In this document: positions 14,201 through 25,712 of the stretch, piece by piece
How positions within the stretch are numbered: the stretch's first letter is position 1
Layout of the letters: every line of letters starts with the position of its first letter
Source of the DNA: Convolutriloba macropyga
Lineage: Eukaryota
DNA length: 64,000 bases
Reading direction: 5' to 3'
NCBI RefSeq assembly: GCF_964194025.1
Contig: NC_134480.1
Coordinates: 18,352,001-18,416,000, forward strand
Program-made: the position numbers and the translations under genes
Notes under the pieces: model-generated
Databases searched by the model: none
What the model saw: the letters and a program-made list of their open reading frames with translations, nothing else
What the model was told of the DNA's origin: nothing

Positions 14201-16390
14201 ACGAATCATACTCTGACGCAATATTGTACATGCGCACGAAAATAAGTTTTGCTCTTCTGCGTAGCGCTATCATATGCCTCAGAGCGTGCCGTGGGTCCGA
14301 CATTGATAGTTCTTGCAGTGCCTTAGTGCGGGAGGGGAGACTAGTTTCATAAATAATTGGCTTATATAGAAATTCTATTCATTTGACGCAGCTCTCAAAG
14401 AAATATAGTGCCTTGTCTTTAAAATTATATACGATGCAGTGATGTTTATATTTCTCATGACGCATCTCTAAAAGAGATGTAGTGCTTTGTCTTTGAAGCT
14501 ACATACGATGCAGTAATGTCTCATAGAGGGGGATCAATACTCATCCATTGGAATGTCCTACGTGGCTTAAGAACAAATCCCCTTTATTTTGTAGAAAAAA
14601 AGATAAAGAAGGAGTTTGGTTTTGCTGGAACTTTAAATACGCTGCTGTGATGTTTCGTAATGGGGGCTCACTGTTCCTTTCTTTGGGAAAACGCTCGCCT
14701 ACACATTAAAGCGAATAGCCTACAGAGGTTGAGGTTCAGCCGTTATTTCTTCGACATGAAGATCTTTAAACCACTTACCATGCCATGCCCGCAAAACTCA
14801 GTAGAGGCATACAAGTATCATTAGTCGTTGAAAGCCTGAAGTATGAGCAACGAATACTTGACGTCGAGAAGAGTAACTTTGTTCCGCTCGTGTTTTCCTG
14901 CACGGGGCGCAGGAAAGTCCGAAAAGCGAACTATTAAACAACCAGCGAGCAAAATTGCTGAAAAGAAAGACGAATCATACTCTGACGCAATAAGGTACAT
15001 GCGCACGATAATAAGTTTTGCTCTTCTGCGTAGCGCTATAAAATGCCTCAGAGCGTGCCTTGGGTCCGACATTGATAGTTCTTGCAGTGCCTTAGTGTGG
15101 GAGGGGAGACTAGATTCATAACAAATTAGCTTATGTAGAAATTCTATTCTTTTGACGCAGCTCAAAAAAAGTTATAGTGCCTTGTCTTTAAAATTATATA
15201 CCATGCAGTGATGTTTATATTTCTCATGACGCATCTCTAAAATGGATGTAGTGCTTTGTCTTTGAATCCACATACGATGCAGTAACGTCTCATACAGGGG
15301 GATCAATACTCATCCATTGGATTGTCCTACGTGGCTTAAGATTCAATCCCCTTTATTTTGTAAAAAAAAGATAAAGAAGAAATTTGTTTTTGCTGGAACT
15401 TTAAATACGCTGCTGTGATGTTTCGTAATGGGGGCTCACTGTTCCTTTCTTTGGGAAAACGCTCGACTACACTTTAAAGCGAATAGCCTACAGGGGTTGA
15501 GGTTCAGCCGTTATTTCTTCGACCTGAAGATCTTTAAACCACTTACCATGCCATGCCCGCAAAACTCAGTAGAAGCATACAAGTATCATTAGTCGTTGAA
15601 AGCCTGAAGTATGAGCAACGAATACTTGACGTCGAGAAGAGTAACTTTGTTCCGCTCGTGTTTTCCTGCATGGGGGGCAGGACCGTCCGAAACGCGAACT
15701 ACTAAACAACCATCGAGCAAAATTGATGAAAAGAAAGACGAATCATACTCCGACGCAATATTGTACATGCGCACGAAAATAAGTTTTGCTCTTCTGCGTA
15801 GCGCTATCACATGCCTCAGAGGGTGCCGTAGGTCCGACATTGATAGTTCTTGCAGTGCCTTAGTGCGGGAGGGGAGACTAGATTCATAACAAATTAGCTT
15901 ATATAGAAATTCTATTCATTTGACGCAGCTCTAAAAGAATTATAGTGCCTTGTCTTTAAAATTATATACGATGCAGTGATGTTTATATTTCTCATGACGG
16001 ATCTCTAAAAGAGATGTAGTGCTTTGTCTTTGAAGCTACATACGATGCAGTAATGTCTCATACTGGGGGATCAATACTCTTGCATTGGATTGTCCTACGT
16101 GGCTTAAGTTCAAACCCCCTTTATCTTGTAAAAAAATGGGATCTTTTCCGTTTGTGCACCCCCAGCTTAGTGGGCGCATATTATTTGCACCCCCCAGACG
16201 CACGTGCAATATTTTTACATAGTGATTTACTATGTAATGGCACTTGCTCTGTAACTGGGGGGTGCATAACGTACTGGGGGGGAACAAACGGAAAAGATCC
16301 AAAAAATGATAGAAAAATTTGTTTTTGCGGTAACTTTAAGTACGCTGCTGTGATGTTTCATATTGGGGGCTCACTGTTCCGTTCATTGGG
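7861..16390 (+). repeat. Tandem array, ~769-bp unit, 11 copies (CRE endonuclease tail plus ~335-bp non-coding spacer)
   Basis: Unit starts (AAACGC) at 7861, 8630, 9400, 10169, 10938, 11681 (5'-deleted), 12381, 13148, 13919, 14689, 15457; last spacer ends at CATTGGG 16390. Confidence 0.97.
16139..16300. mobile_element. 162-bp MITE with terminal inverted repeats and 8-bp target-site duplication (Merlin-like termini)
   Basis: TIR GGATCTTTTCCGTTTGT...ACAAACGGAAAAGATCC; flanking direct repeat AAAAAATG at 16131-16138 and 16301-16308; empty site seen in the other 10 array units. Confidence 0.9.
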
Positions 16391-16493
16391 TAGATCATAC
16401 CCCTTTTTTAAGAAGAGAGAATATGAAAATTAGATATTTAAATAACGATTAGATTGCCAGTAGCAGTTACCAAATACCGCATTTTAGATAATT

Positions 16494-17064
16494 ATGCTAG
16501 GACATGTACGGTTTCCACTCTACCTTCGGGCTCCCAAGCGTGCCATGGCAAAAGTTGCCATGAGTCGACATGAACCTCACACTGAACTCTCGTTTGACAA
16601 GCTACAGAAAAACCTCGAAATTGTGAAACATCGCTTGGCTCGACCCTTAACGTATTCTGAAAAAGTTCTCTATAGTCATCTTGATGACCCTAGTGGTCAG
16701 GATATTGAAAGAGGCGTTAGCTACCTGAAACTCCGCCCAGACAGGGTTGCACTTCAAGATGCCACAGCGCAGATGGCTTTGCTGCAATTCATATCAAGTG
16801 GGCTTCCAAAAGTGGCCGTTCCTAGTACCATTCACTGCGATCATTTAATTGAAGCTCAGCTCGGTGGAGCAAAAGATTTGGCAAGAGCTAAAGATATCAA
16901 CAAAGAAGTTTACGATTTTCTTGCTTCCGCAGGAGCAAAGTACGGACTCGGTTTTTGGAAACCAGGCTCAGGAATTATTCATCAAATTGTACTGGAAAAT
17001 TATGCCTTTCCCGGAGCGCTGATCATTGGAACTGACAGTCACACTCCGAATGGGGGTGGTTTGG
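16494..17064 (+). CDS. ACO2: Mitochondrial aconitate hydratase, exon 1 of 4 (spliced protein 770 aa)
   Basis: [67 protein letters not shown]; short basic N-terminal presequence; donor G|GTAGGT at 17065, phase 1. Confidence 0.96.
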
Positions 17065-17180
17065 GTAGGTTTTCATTTAAAAAAAGTTGACTACTGAAGT
17101 TCGAATACGCTGCTATTATGCTAGTTTATGGCGTATAATTATTGCTGTTTAAGATTTTCAAATTCATTACGCAATTTCAG

Positions 17181-17584
17181 GAGCTCTGGCCATTGGTGTT
17201 GGAGGTGCCGATGCCGTCGATGTGATGGCAGACATTCCGTGGGAACTCAAGTGCCCGAAGGTCATTGGAGTTCACTTAACAGGTGAAATGTCGGGATGGA
17301 CTGCGGCTAAGGATGTCATTCTGAAAGTTGCGGGAATTCTTACGGTCAAGGGAGGTACTGGTGCTATCGTTGAATACTTTGGGCCAGGTGTGAAGAGTAT
17401 TTCATGCACTGGAATGGGAACTATTTGTAACATGGGTGCCGAAATTGGAGCTACTACCTCGGTCTTCCCTTACAACGAGAGAATGGACGAGTACTTAAAG
17501 GCTACTAACAGAGCCGATATTGCCAATTTAGCAAGCGACAACTACAACTTGCTTTCACCAGATGCAAACTGCAAATATGATGAG
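17181..17584 (+). CDS. ACO2: Mitochondrial aconitate hydratase, exon 2
   Basis: Acceptor TTTCAG 17180; [42 protein letters not shown]; donor GAG|GTTAGA 17585. Confidence 0.96.
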
Positions 17585-17850
17585 GTTAGACGCGTTTCCA
17601 CAATGTTAGCGATAACCATAACATTTCCGTTGATGGAGGGAGGAACTAACCAAATACTGTATTTTTGCTCAGTCAGTTTGGCCAATCAATATATTAATCG
17701 TAGAATGAGTGTTGTATCTAGAAAGTCCGTCAGGCGAAGAATATTTTCATGGCGTTTTCAAATTTCGTCTTTTTCTCGAGGAGTTATCGAGGTTTAATTT
17801 AAAGCTTTTGTGAACATTACTTTGTACGCTCTTTTTGTTCACTGAGAGAT

Positions 17851-18601
17851 TTTTGGTCACTCTTGCTTACTTTTGAAAATGAACAAAATTGGGTTAGATC
17901 GACCTATATGAGCAAAAAAAATGTTAAAACTGTTGTTCCAGGTTTTAGAGCAGTGTTTCTGAGAAGTACTAAGATTTTAGCAAAATTTTGCAAACTAAGA
18001 GCAGAATTTAGCAAAATTTAGCAGAATTTAGCAAAATTTACTAAGAGAAGTACTAAGAGCAGTGTTTCTGAGAAGTACGAAGTTTTTCAAGTCTTGCAGA
18101 TGGGTTACTTGATTTTAGCAAAATTTACTAAGAGCAGAATTTAGCAAAATTTAGCAGAATTTAGCAAAATTTACTAAGAGAAGTACTAAGAGCAGTATTT
18201 CTGAGAAGTACGAAGTTTTTCAAGTCTTGCAGATGGGTTACTTGAAGTAACTCAGGAGAGAAAAAGCAGTTTTGGTCACTCTTGCTTACTTTTGCTTATT
18301 TAGGACCAATTGTGTTTTTGAATTCAGATGAAAAGTGTGGCTGATTTTCTCTACTTTTTGTTTTTTCAAACTTTTTGCACTACCTTTGTTATTTCGCCAA
18401 AATAAATTAAAATGTGCTCAATGATATGTTATAATTTTTAACAAGACAGGCGTGTTTAATCTTCCAATTTGATATTTAGCCGGAAAATTTTGCTAAAATC
18501 TTAGTACTTCTCAGAAACACTGATCTAAAACCTGGAACAACAGTTTTAGTATTTTTTTTTTGCTCATATAGGTCGATCTAACCCAATTTTGTTCATTTTC
18601 A
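17851..18601. repeat. Complex local rearrangement: 25-bp direct repeat, ~115-bp inverted repeat and ~130-bp tandem duplication
   Basis: TTTTGGTCACTCTTGCTTACTTTTG at 17851 and 18270; 17875-17990 is the reverse complement of 18484-18600; 18205-18272 is the reverse complement of 19199-19262. Confidence 0.9.
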
Positions 18602-18799
18602 GCATCATTTGCATGCAGTCTTTTAGTTTTTTGTTAATTTTTGGAAGAATTACGTATTTTTGATAACCCCCCAGTGATAGTGGGGGTATTATTGATCTAT
18701 TCTTGGCTGTCTTCTAACCAAATGGTTTGGATTAAATATGACTTTGACACTATGTTTTCATATAAGGTTCAAATATTTGAGATTTGCCAGTATTTTTTT

Positions 18800-21042
18800 A
18801 AATTGCACCAAAGAGAAGCAATTATTGTAAACGTGTCTTTTTATGCAAAATGTTTGCTTGACCGTTTTTTGACTTTTCGGTTGACGTTAACGCCCTTAAA
18901 TTTCTGCGTTTTGCGTGATCTAAAGTTTTCTCTCATTCACAATTTCAGCTGAACTCAATTGGTGCCAGTTTAATACTAACATAACCGACTAACGTCGGGC
19001 GAATTGCTCTCAAACGACCGGCGAGCAGTTGGCTTCGTCAGTAGCTAGCCAAGGTTTATTGAAGCTAGCGTTAGCTGGATTCGGCTCTACAACTTTTATT
19101 TTTCTAGCTTTGTTAGTAAACAAATCAAATAGAAAACTGATTTAAAAAATTTGCAAAATTTAAAAGAAAAGCTTCCAGATTTCGCAGTGAAAATGTTAAA
19201 AACTGCTTTTTCTCTCCTGAGTTACTTCAAGTAACCCATCTGCAAGACTTGAAGAACTTCGTTAGCCAGTAATGATAGTTAACCTCAGAAGAGGACAAAA
19301 ACACTCAAAAATTTAAAACAATCGCAATTTTTAAAATCGTGCTAAAATTTAAGACATTAAAATCTTCAAATTCATTTCATTGTCTCAAGAGACTATACAG
19401 AATCACCATTTCAAGCTTGAAGTAGTTTTCCCGGCTCAAAAAGATCCATGAACTTGGAAATTGATAAAAAATTTTTCTTTAAATTAAAAAAAAATTAAAT
19501 TTTATCAAAAAAAGTGCTAAAGCTGGAGTCATTAAAATATTGATAACCATTCCATTAATCTAGAAACTGTGCGACAGCTTATCATAAAGCTTTGGAGGAT
19601 GTCCATAGGAACCTGGTATCGGAAAAAAGTCAAACAGATTCAAAAAACTTGAAAAAGTTGCAAATATTTTAAAAAATTGATGATCTTAGTCTTGAAAAAC
19701 CATGCAATACATCATGAAGCTATCCAAAAACCTATGCTCAAACTCTAGAGTGGCTGTTGAGGTTGGAGAAACCAATAAATGACTAAAAATTTTGGACAAC
19801 TTGAAAAAATTAGAAGTTGTAAAAAAACTGCTAAAATTTGACAAAAGTTGTAACTAATCCATGGTCAACAAACATTTACCAGTAACTTATTTTTGTCAAA
19901 AAATTTTGTCAAAAAAAAATGCTGAAATTCGTGGTGTTGAAATCTGGAAAAACAATTTATTACCTTTACAAATTATACAGTACCTTTTTTTGAACCCTAG
20001 AGGAGGTTTCTCGAGTCTTGAGGAGGCTGGAGAAACCTTAAAACCGACAAAAACTTGAAAAAAAAAAACAAGTTTTTTTTAATAAAAATGATAAATTTTG
20101 TCATATTAAAAAATTGAAAGCTATTCCATGACAAATAAAAATGTATCAGTTACTTATTATCAAACCCTTATTAACGTTTTCTGGCCCCTGCGTCTGGAAA
20201 GATGATAATGAAAAATAAATGACAATAAAATTGAAAAAATTTGCACGTTTTGTCAAAAAATGCTAAAATTCGTGATGTTAAAACGTTGAAATTATTCCAC
20301 TACCACTAGAAACTATGCAGTAACCTAATTTAAAACCCTGGAGGAGGTCCCGTGAAAAAACTCAAAAAATGACAAACATTTTCAAAAAGCTTGAAAAAAT
20401 TTGTGAAAGTTTGTATAAAATTTTGTGTTTGCGATCGGTTGTTCGTCAGTTGGAGGCTGGGGGGGGGGGGGGGGGGTGAGAGTACACCAAGGGTCTGATG
20501 GGGAGGAGGGTGGGCAACAGTGGGATGGTTGAGGGCGCGGTGGGGGTTGAGGGCAATGGGGGGGGTCAACAGTGGGGGTGTCGTCAACATCTAAGAACCG
20601 CCCTTCACAACTTAAGTGTAAGTCTCCAGAACAGTTTGAGCTGAAACAGAGCTGAAAGGCTCTCACAGCACTAAAAGCCCGCTGGGCGCTACCTGCTTAT
20701 CCCGTTTTTGAGGACGAAAAGTCAAAAGCGTCAGACGAAAAATCGGTCAAGCGAAAAATCGCTTAAAAAAAGACCGACACGACTAATATAATTGCTACAA
20801 ACTTCGTTTGAGAGCAATTAATAAGTCAAATGATAAGTACGACGAAAGTGGTGCCATGTTTTTACTTTAAAGCTTAACAGTGGTATATATTAACCTCTAA
20901 TGAGGTTATTTGTAGTTCCTAGTGATTTTCTTAGTCCCATTCAGGCTACACTCCTCTCCCCCTGGACCGAAACAGGCCGCAATTGATTAGAGCTCCCACT
21001 ATTCGTTCGAGAGTATTTCTTCCGACGTTAGTCGATTATGTG
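18800..21042 (+). mobile_element. Helentron-associated (HINE/DINE-1-like) non-autonomous element, family 1b, split by a nested insertion
   Basis: 18800-18978 and 20821-21042 join colinearly with the intact copy at 27432-27846; 3' end TCGTTCGAGAGTATT..CCGACGTTAGTCGATTATG. Confidence 0.75.
18979..20820 (-). mobile_element. HINE-like element family 1a, minus strand, ~1.8 kb, nested in a family 1b copy
   Basis: Reverse-complement 3' end ACATAACCGACTAACGTCGGGCGAATTGCTCTCAAACGAC at 18979 and 5' end AATTGCTACAAACTTCGTTTGAGAGCAATT at 20790-20819; internal G-tract. Confidence 0.8.
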
Positions 21043-21659
21043 CTTATTTTGTCTAATCTCATAAAATCTAGGTTCTTTTGAAGCTTTAACAAGGTCCTTC
21101 TGCCTAATGAAACCCATTTAATGTTTTTTATGACTTATGGTATATGGCTTTATCGCTATGTGCATTCATAAAAGTTTTCGGGGTTTTACCCGTAGCTGTT
21201 GTTTTTTTGTTAGTCTTGTTGTAGTCTTATGTTTTAGTCTCCCTGCGAAAAGGTCTCTTAGCTTTTCTATAGAAGCAAAATTTAACATGTAGAATAATTT
21301 CAGTTAAAAATAAATTCATTTTATTGTCAAAAACTATAGAGTTTTTGTTTTTTTGCCCCTGTTTGTTCTTTTTGTCGAACCGCAACTTAGTCTTCTTAAT
21401 GACAGGTCCCATCTGTTTATTAGCAAACTAAATTCGAATCTTTTTGATTTGACTTTTTAATCCAACAATTTTTCGACTCTGATGCCGTTTTTTAAATGAA
21501 AAAGTCGACTATTTAGATTTTTGCCGAAGTTGCTAACACAGGTATGATTCTCAACTGTCACAGATAATATTGGCCATATCTTGTAGCCTTTCAGTGTTAA
21601 TGAGTGTTTTCAGTTGACACTTAATGTTGTTTAATGAGATGTCATTTATCTTCATTTTT

Positions 21660-22056
21660 AATTGCTCTCAAACGAAGTTTTTAGCAATTTTTCTAATCCT
21701 GTTTGTCTTTTTTATGCAATTTCGCCTGACCGAATTTTCATCTGACCCTTTTGATGTTTCGTCGGCAGAAACGGGTTAAAGAGGTAACTCCCAGTGGGCA
21801 TTAAGTTCTCTTAGAGCCTTTCAGCTAACTAGTATCCAGTTATACGATTCACGGACTGTTTTGGAGACATACTTATGGTGTTGAGACCGGTTCTTAGAAG
21901 TGGACCCCCCACCCCCACAATGAGATGACCCACCTCGCTGCGGTCACCTCAAGCCACTTCAATTAAGCTAAGCTAGCCTCACTAAACCGTGGCTAGCTAC
22001 TGACGAAGCCAACCGGTCGTTTGAGTGCAATTCGCCTGACGTTAGTCGGTTATGTT
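21660..22056 (+). mobile_element. HINE-like element family 1a (3' end duplicated again at ~22244-22364)
   Basis: 5' AATTGCTCTCAAACGAAGTTTTTAGCAATT; subterminal inverted copy TCGTTTGAGTGCAATT followed by hairpin (C)TGAC-GTTA-GTCGG and TATGTTT. Confidence 0.8.
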
Positions 22057-24136
22057 TAAATCTTTCCCTCATTTGCTGCTCTTCATATGCCTTGATGTTT
22101 TTGTCATTTTGTGTAGTGTAATTAAAAAACGATGTTGGCCGTTTTTTTAACTTGAAACTAATTTTGATTTATGATGACGTTTGTTCTTTTTTTGTTTCCT
22201 TGTTTCTCATTATGTTTGTTAACGAAGCTGGCTTGTGATATTTGCTGCGCTCACCTCACGCCCATTCAATTAAGCTAAAGCTCGCCTCATTTAACCGTGG
22301 CTAGCTACGGATGAAGCCAACCGGTCGTTTGAGAGCAATTCGCCCGACGTTGGTCGGTTATGTTTTTGAATCTTGCCCTCATTTGTTGCTCTTCATATGC
22401 CTTGATGTTTTTTGTCAATTTGTTAGTGTAATTAGAAAACGTTTTTGGGCGTCTTTTAACTTGAAATTAATTTGATTTATGGTTACCTTTGTCCTTTTTT
22501 TATTTCCGTGTTTCGCAATTTTTTTTAACGAAGCTGGCTACTGATTTTCGCTGCGACGCGTATTGTGCACATCATATTGTAAATATGATGTTATTAGTAT
22601 TGATAAATAGAACAATACTAGTTTTTTTCTGGAGTAATAGCTAGTTTTCTCTGGAGTTATATGCTTCATGTACAATCATCGGTTCTAGTTGCTTTAGAGA
22701 ATTGGGCTCTCTAATCATCAGTTTCGCCAAATTGTTTTTTTATTCAGGAGTTCCTCGTAGTATTTACAATAATCTGATTGCAAGAAATCAGAGCCACTCT
22801 TTTTGGCGGCTTCTACCAGCCATCAAATGAATTTATGTGCATGAGGGTAATTGTTGATGTATTCTGTAGACGAATGTTCTGTAACCATTATACTTTTTTT
22901 GAGCCTGTATTAATTGCCTCACTAAAAATGATCTCTGCACCCACTTCTATAATCTGTATTGGGATTGTAATTTTTTGTCGCTTGGTAATTCAGTGGCACT
23001 AATGACTGGTGTTGTCTGTCTTCTAGAGAACAATACCTGCATCTCTTTGGTTGTTTTAGCTTTAATCTAACGTTTTTACTTTTGTTATTAAAAAATAGCG
23101 AATTTTTAAGTGTTGCTGTTTTTTGTTCAGATTTAAATATGATAATTAAGACCTCATCGGCCCTCTAATTAAGCGTTTTTTAGTTGAATTAGTGTTTTCA
23201 TTGTATAGCTAATGTTGTTTACTACAAGACCATTATTTTTCGAACACGTTAGGTGATTTTTTATTTGCTTTTCGTTATTTTTCATATGCCTTGATTTTTT
23301 TTCGTGTTGTTGCTTAGTGGAGTTAGCGATGTTAGCTGCTTTTTACCAATGAATGATTTGAAATAGTTTATGATTTTTTTATATAGTTACGTGTGCTTTC
23401 AACTCTGACGTCACTAATTTTTGAAAACTTGCTGAGTTTTGCAGTGCCCATTTTTGTTGTTTTCTCAAATTTTTTGCACGCTTGGTGTACGTTGTCTGAA
23501 GTTATGCTATTGGAATTTTTTAAGCTTGTTGTGTTTGGTTGATTCTGTTTAAACAGCTTGTTTTCAAAAAACGGAGATTTTTTCAGTTTTTTTCTGCTTG
23601 CTTCCGTTTCTTTCGCTTATTTAGAATCATTTGATTTGTTGAACACCTAAGAAAGCTATTACCAAAAAAGTGCTGTTTCGTTTTTTGGCAAAATTAGCCG
23701 TTCACTTTCTCATTTTTGTTTTTGGCAAAATTAAGCGTTCACCTGCTAAATTTTTTTCTGCTTGATTGATTGTATTAGTTTTTCTTTTTTGAACAAATTG
23801 CTTAGGTCACCACTTTGTACGTGCAAACAGTTCAACCAAGAAGTGTGCTTCCTTTTAAGGATCAGCTGAGGAATCTGTGAAGAAAACGTTTTTTAGTTAT
23901 TCTCAGACGAAATGTGAAACGGTTATTGTAGTCGTGTGCTACAATCTTACGTGCTACGTTTTTGCATGACCGTTAATACTGGTCGAGTGGCTTTTTTTAA
24001 TCACGCTTGACTTTTTCATTTTTGCGTGATCTAAATTGCTCTGTCATTTACAATTTTAAGTTGAGACAAGATTGGTATTATGTTTCCCTTTAAATCTTAC
24101 TGGTTGCCTATATAAGCTGTATATAAGTATATGTGA

Positions 24137-24240
24137 AGAGTATAGTTCTGGGAAGCCTAAGTCAATTAGAGCTCAAAGCCGAGGGCGCTTGCGCCCGAGG
24201 CTGAGCTCGAATTGCCGAAGGTTTCCCAGAACTATACTCT
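24137..24240. repeat. 104-bp near-perfect foldback palindrome (palindromic non-autonomous transposon core or hairpin RNA)
   Basis: AGAGTATAGTTCTGGGAAGCCT ... AGGTTTCCCAGAACTATACTCT with inner arms CAATT/GAGCTCA/AGCC/GGGCGC and their complements. Confidence 0.85.
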
Positions 24241-25076
24241 AACTTATTTACACCAATTCAATTAAAATTTATAGTAACATTGCAATTCTCGTTCAGCGAA
24301 TCAATCCAACAATTGAATAATGGTGCAACCCAAATAATTTTTTTTTCTGAATTCCTTTATATTATTGTAGGAGCGAATGGATCGCAGAGGTCGTCAGCCG
24401 GCTCTGTTGTGTCACTCTCATTGTCACTCTTTGTGGTTTTTAGAAAAATAAGCAATTTATAAAAATTATCTTAATTTTCTTAAAATTATAGACCTTAAAA
24501 AAGTCCTCTTTGCCGAAGTTGTTATATTTTGTTTTCAACTATCCGCTTTAATTATCTTTGAAAAGTGTATGCTTTGTCTGAGAAAAAATAGGGCTTCCAA
24601 TAAAATTTTCCAAGAAACATGCCTTAAGGCTTCCAAGAATTTTTTCCAAGAAGTTTTCTCAGTTGATGCTCATTTTATACCATTTTGTAAGGTTGAACTC
24701 TTCGAGACAATTGTGAAAAGTGTGCGAAAAACTGATTAAGTTCAAAGTCTAGTGTGATATGAAACGTTAAATCTTGAAAAAAAGTGGGACGCTTGAAAAA
24801 GTATGAAATAATAACTTCTTGCTTGATCAACTTTCAAAATTAGTGATCGAGCCTAACTTTATTGTTGATTTTCTGTAACAGCGAAATTGAGGTCTGATAA
24901 CATCATTTAAAGCTTCATGAAAACATATTGTCTCACTACTACCCCTAAGAAGCTATAAGGGAATCAAGCCCACTTCAGGCGTTCAAGAGCAATTCCTCAA
25001 ACATCAGTCCGTTTTGTTTGTAATTGAAATTAGACTCCTAGAGAGGAAAGAAATGCGGAATGTTTTTACATTTAAG

Positions 25077-25712
25077 GTTATTGAGATCAACTTGAGCGAA
25101 CTCGAACCCCTCGTGAATGGACCGTTCACGCCAGACTTGGCGACACCAATTTCAAAGTTGGGCCAGACTGCCAAAGAGAACGGCTGGCCACTGGACATCA
25201 GCGTCTCATTAATCGGAAGCTGTACGAACTCGAGTTACGAAGACATGAATCGGTCGTCAAGTATCGCAAAACAGGCTTTGGACAAAGGAGTCAAGTGTAA
25301 AACTCATTTCACTGTCACCCCTGGATCTGAACAAATTAGAGCGACTATTGAAAGAGACGGACAGGCAAGCTCCTTGTCTGAAATAGGAGGCGTAGTACTA
25401 GCTAATGCATGTGGACCTTGTATTGGCCAGTGGGATCGTAGTGGAACTGATGGAAAGAAAAAGGGCGAGAAGAATACTATTGTGACGTCATACAATAGGA
25501 ACTTCACGGGAAGGAACGACGCGAATCCGGCTACTCATTGTTTTGTGGCTTCCCCTGAGATTGTGACCGCTTTGTCATTGGGAGGGAGTCTGGATTTCAA
25601 CCCGATGACTGACGACTTAACCGCAGCTGATGGCTCCAAGTTCAAATTGCAACCTCCGAGTGGTGAGGGTCTACCAGCTCAAGGGTTTGACCCCGGTGTT
25701 GATACCTACCAG
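25077..25712 (+). CDS. ACO2: Mitochondrial aconitate hydratase, exon 3 (Fe-S cysteines)
   Basis: [57 protein letters not shown]; acceptor TTTAAG 25076, donor CAG|GTACTG 25713. Confidence 0.96.

Noticed and set aside
7861-16390. CRISPR-like repeat-spacer array
   Set aside because: Whole 769-bp units are repeated with no unique spacers; eukaryotic context and no cas genes.
168-16433. Numerous 60-144 aa ORFs in the arrays as real genes
   Set aside because: They are frameshifted pieces or antisense shadows of a dead retrotransposon ORF, with stops differing between copies.
20330-20666. Proline-rich ORFs
   Set aside because: Artefact of the G/C tract inside a HINE-like element.
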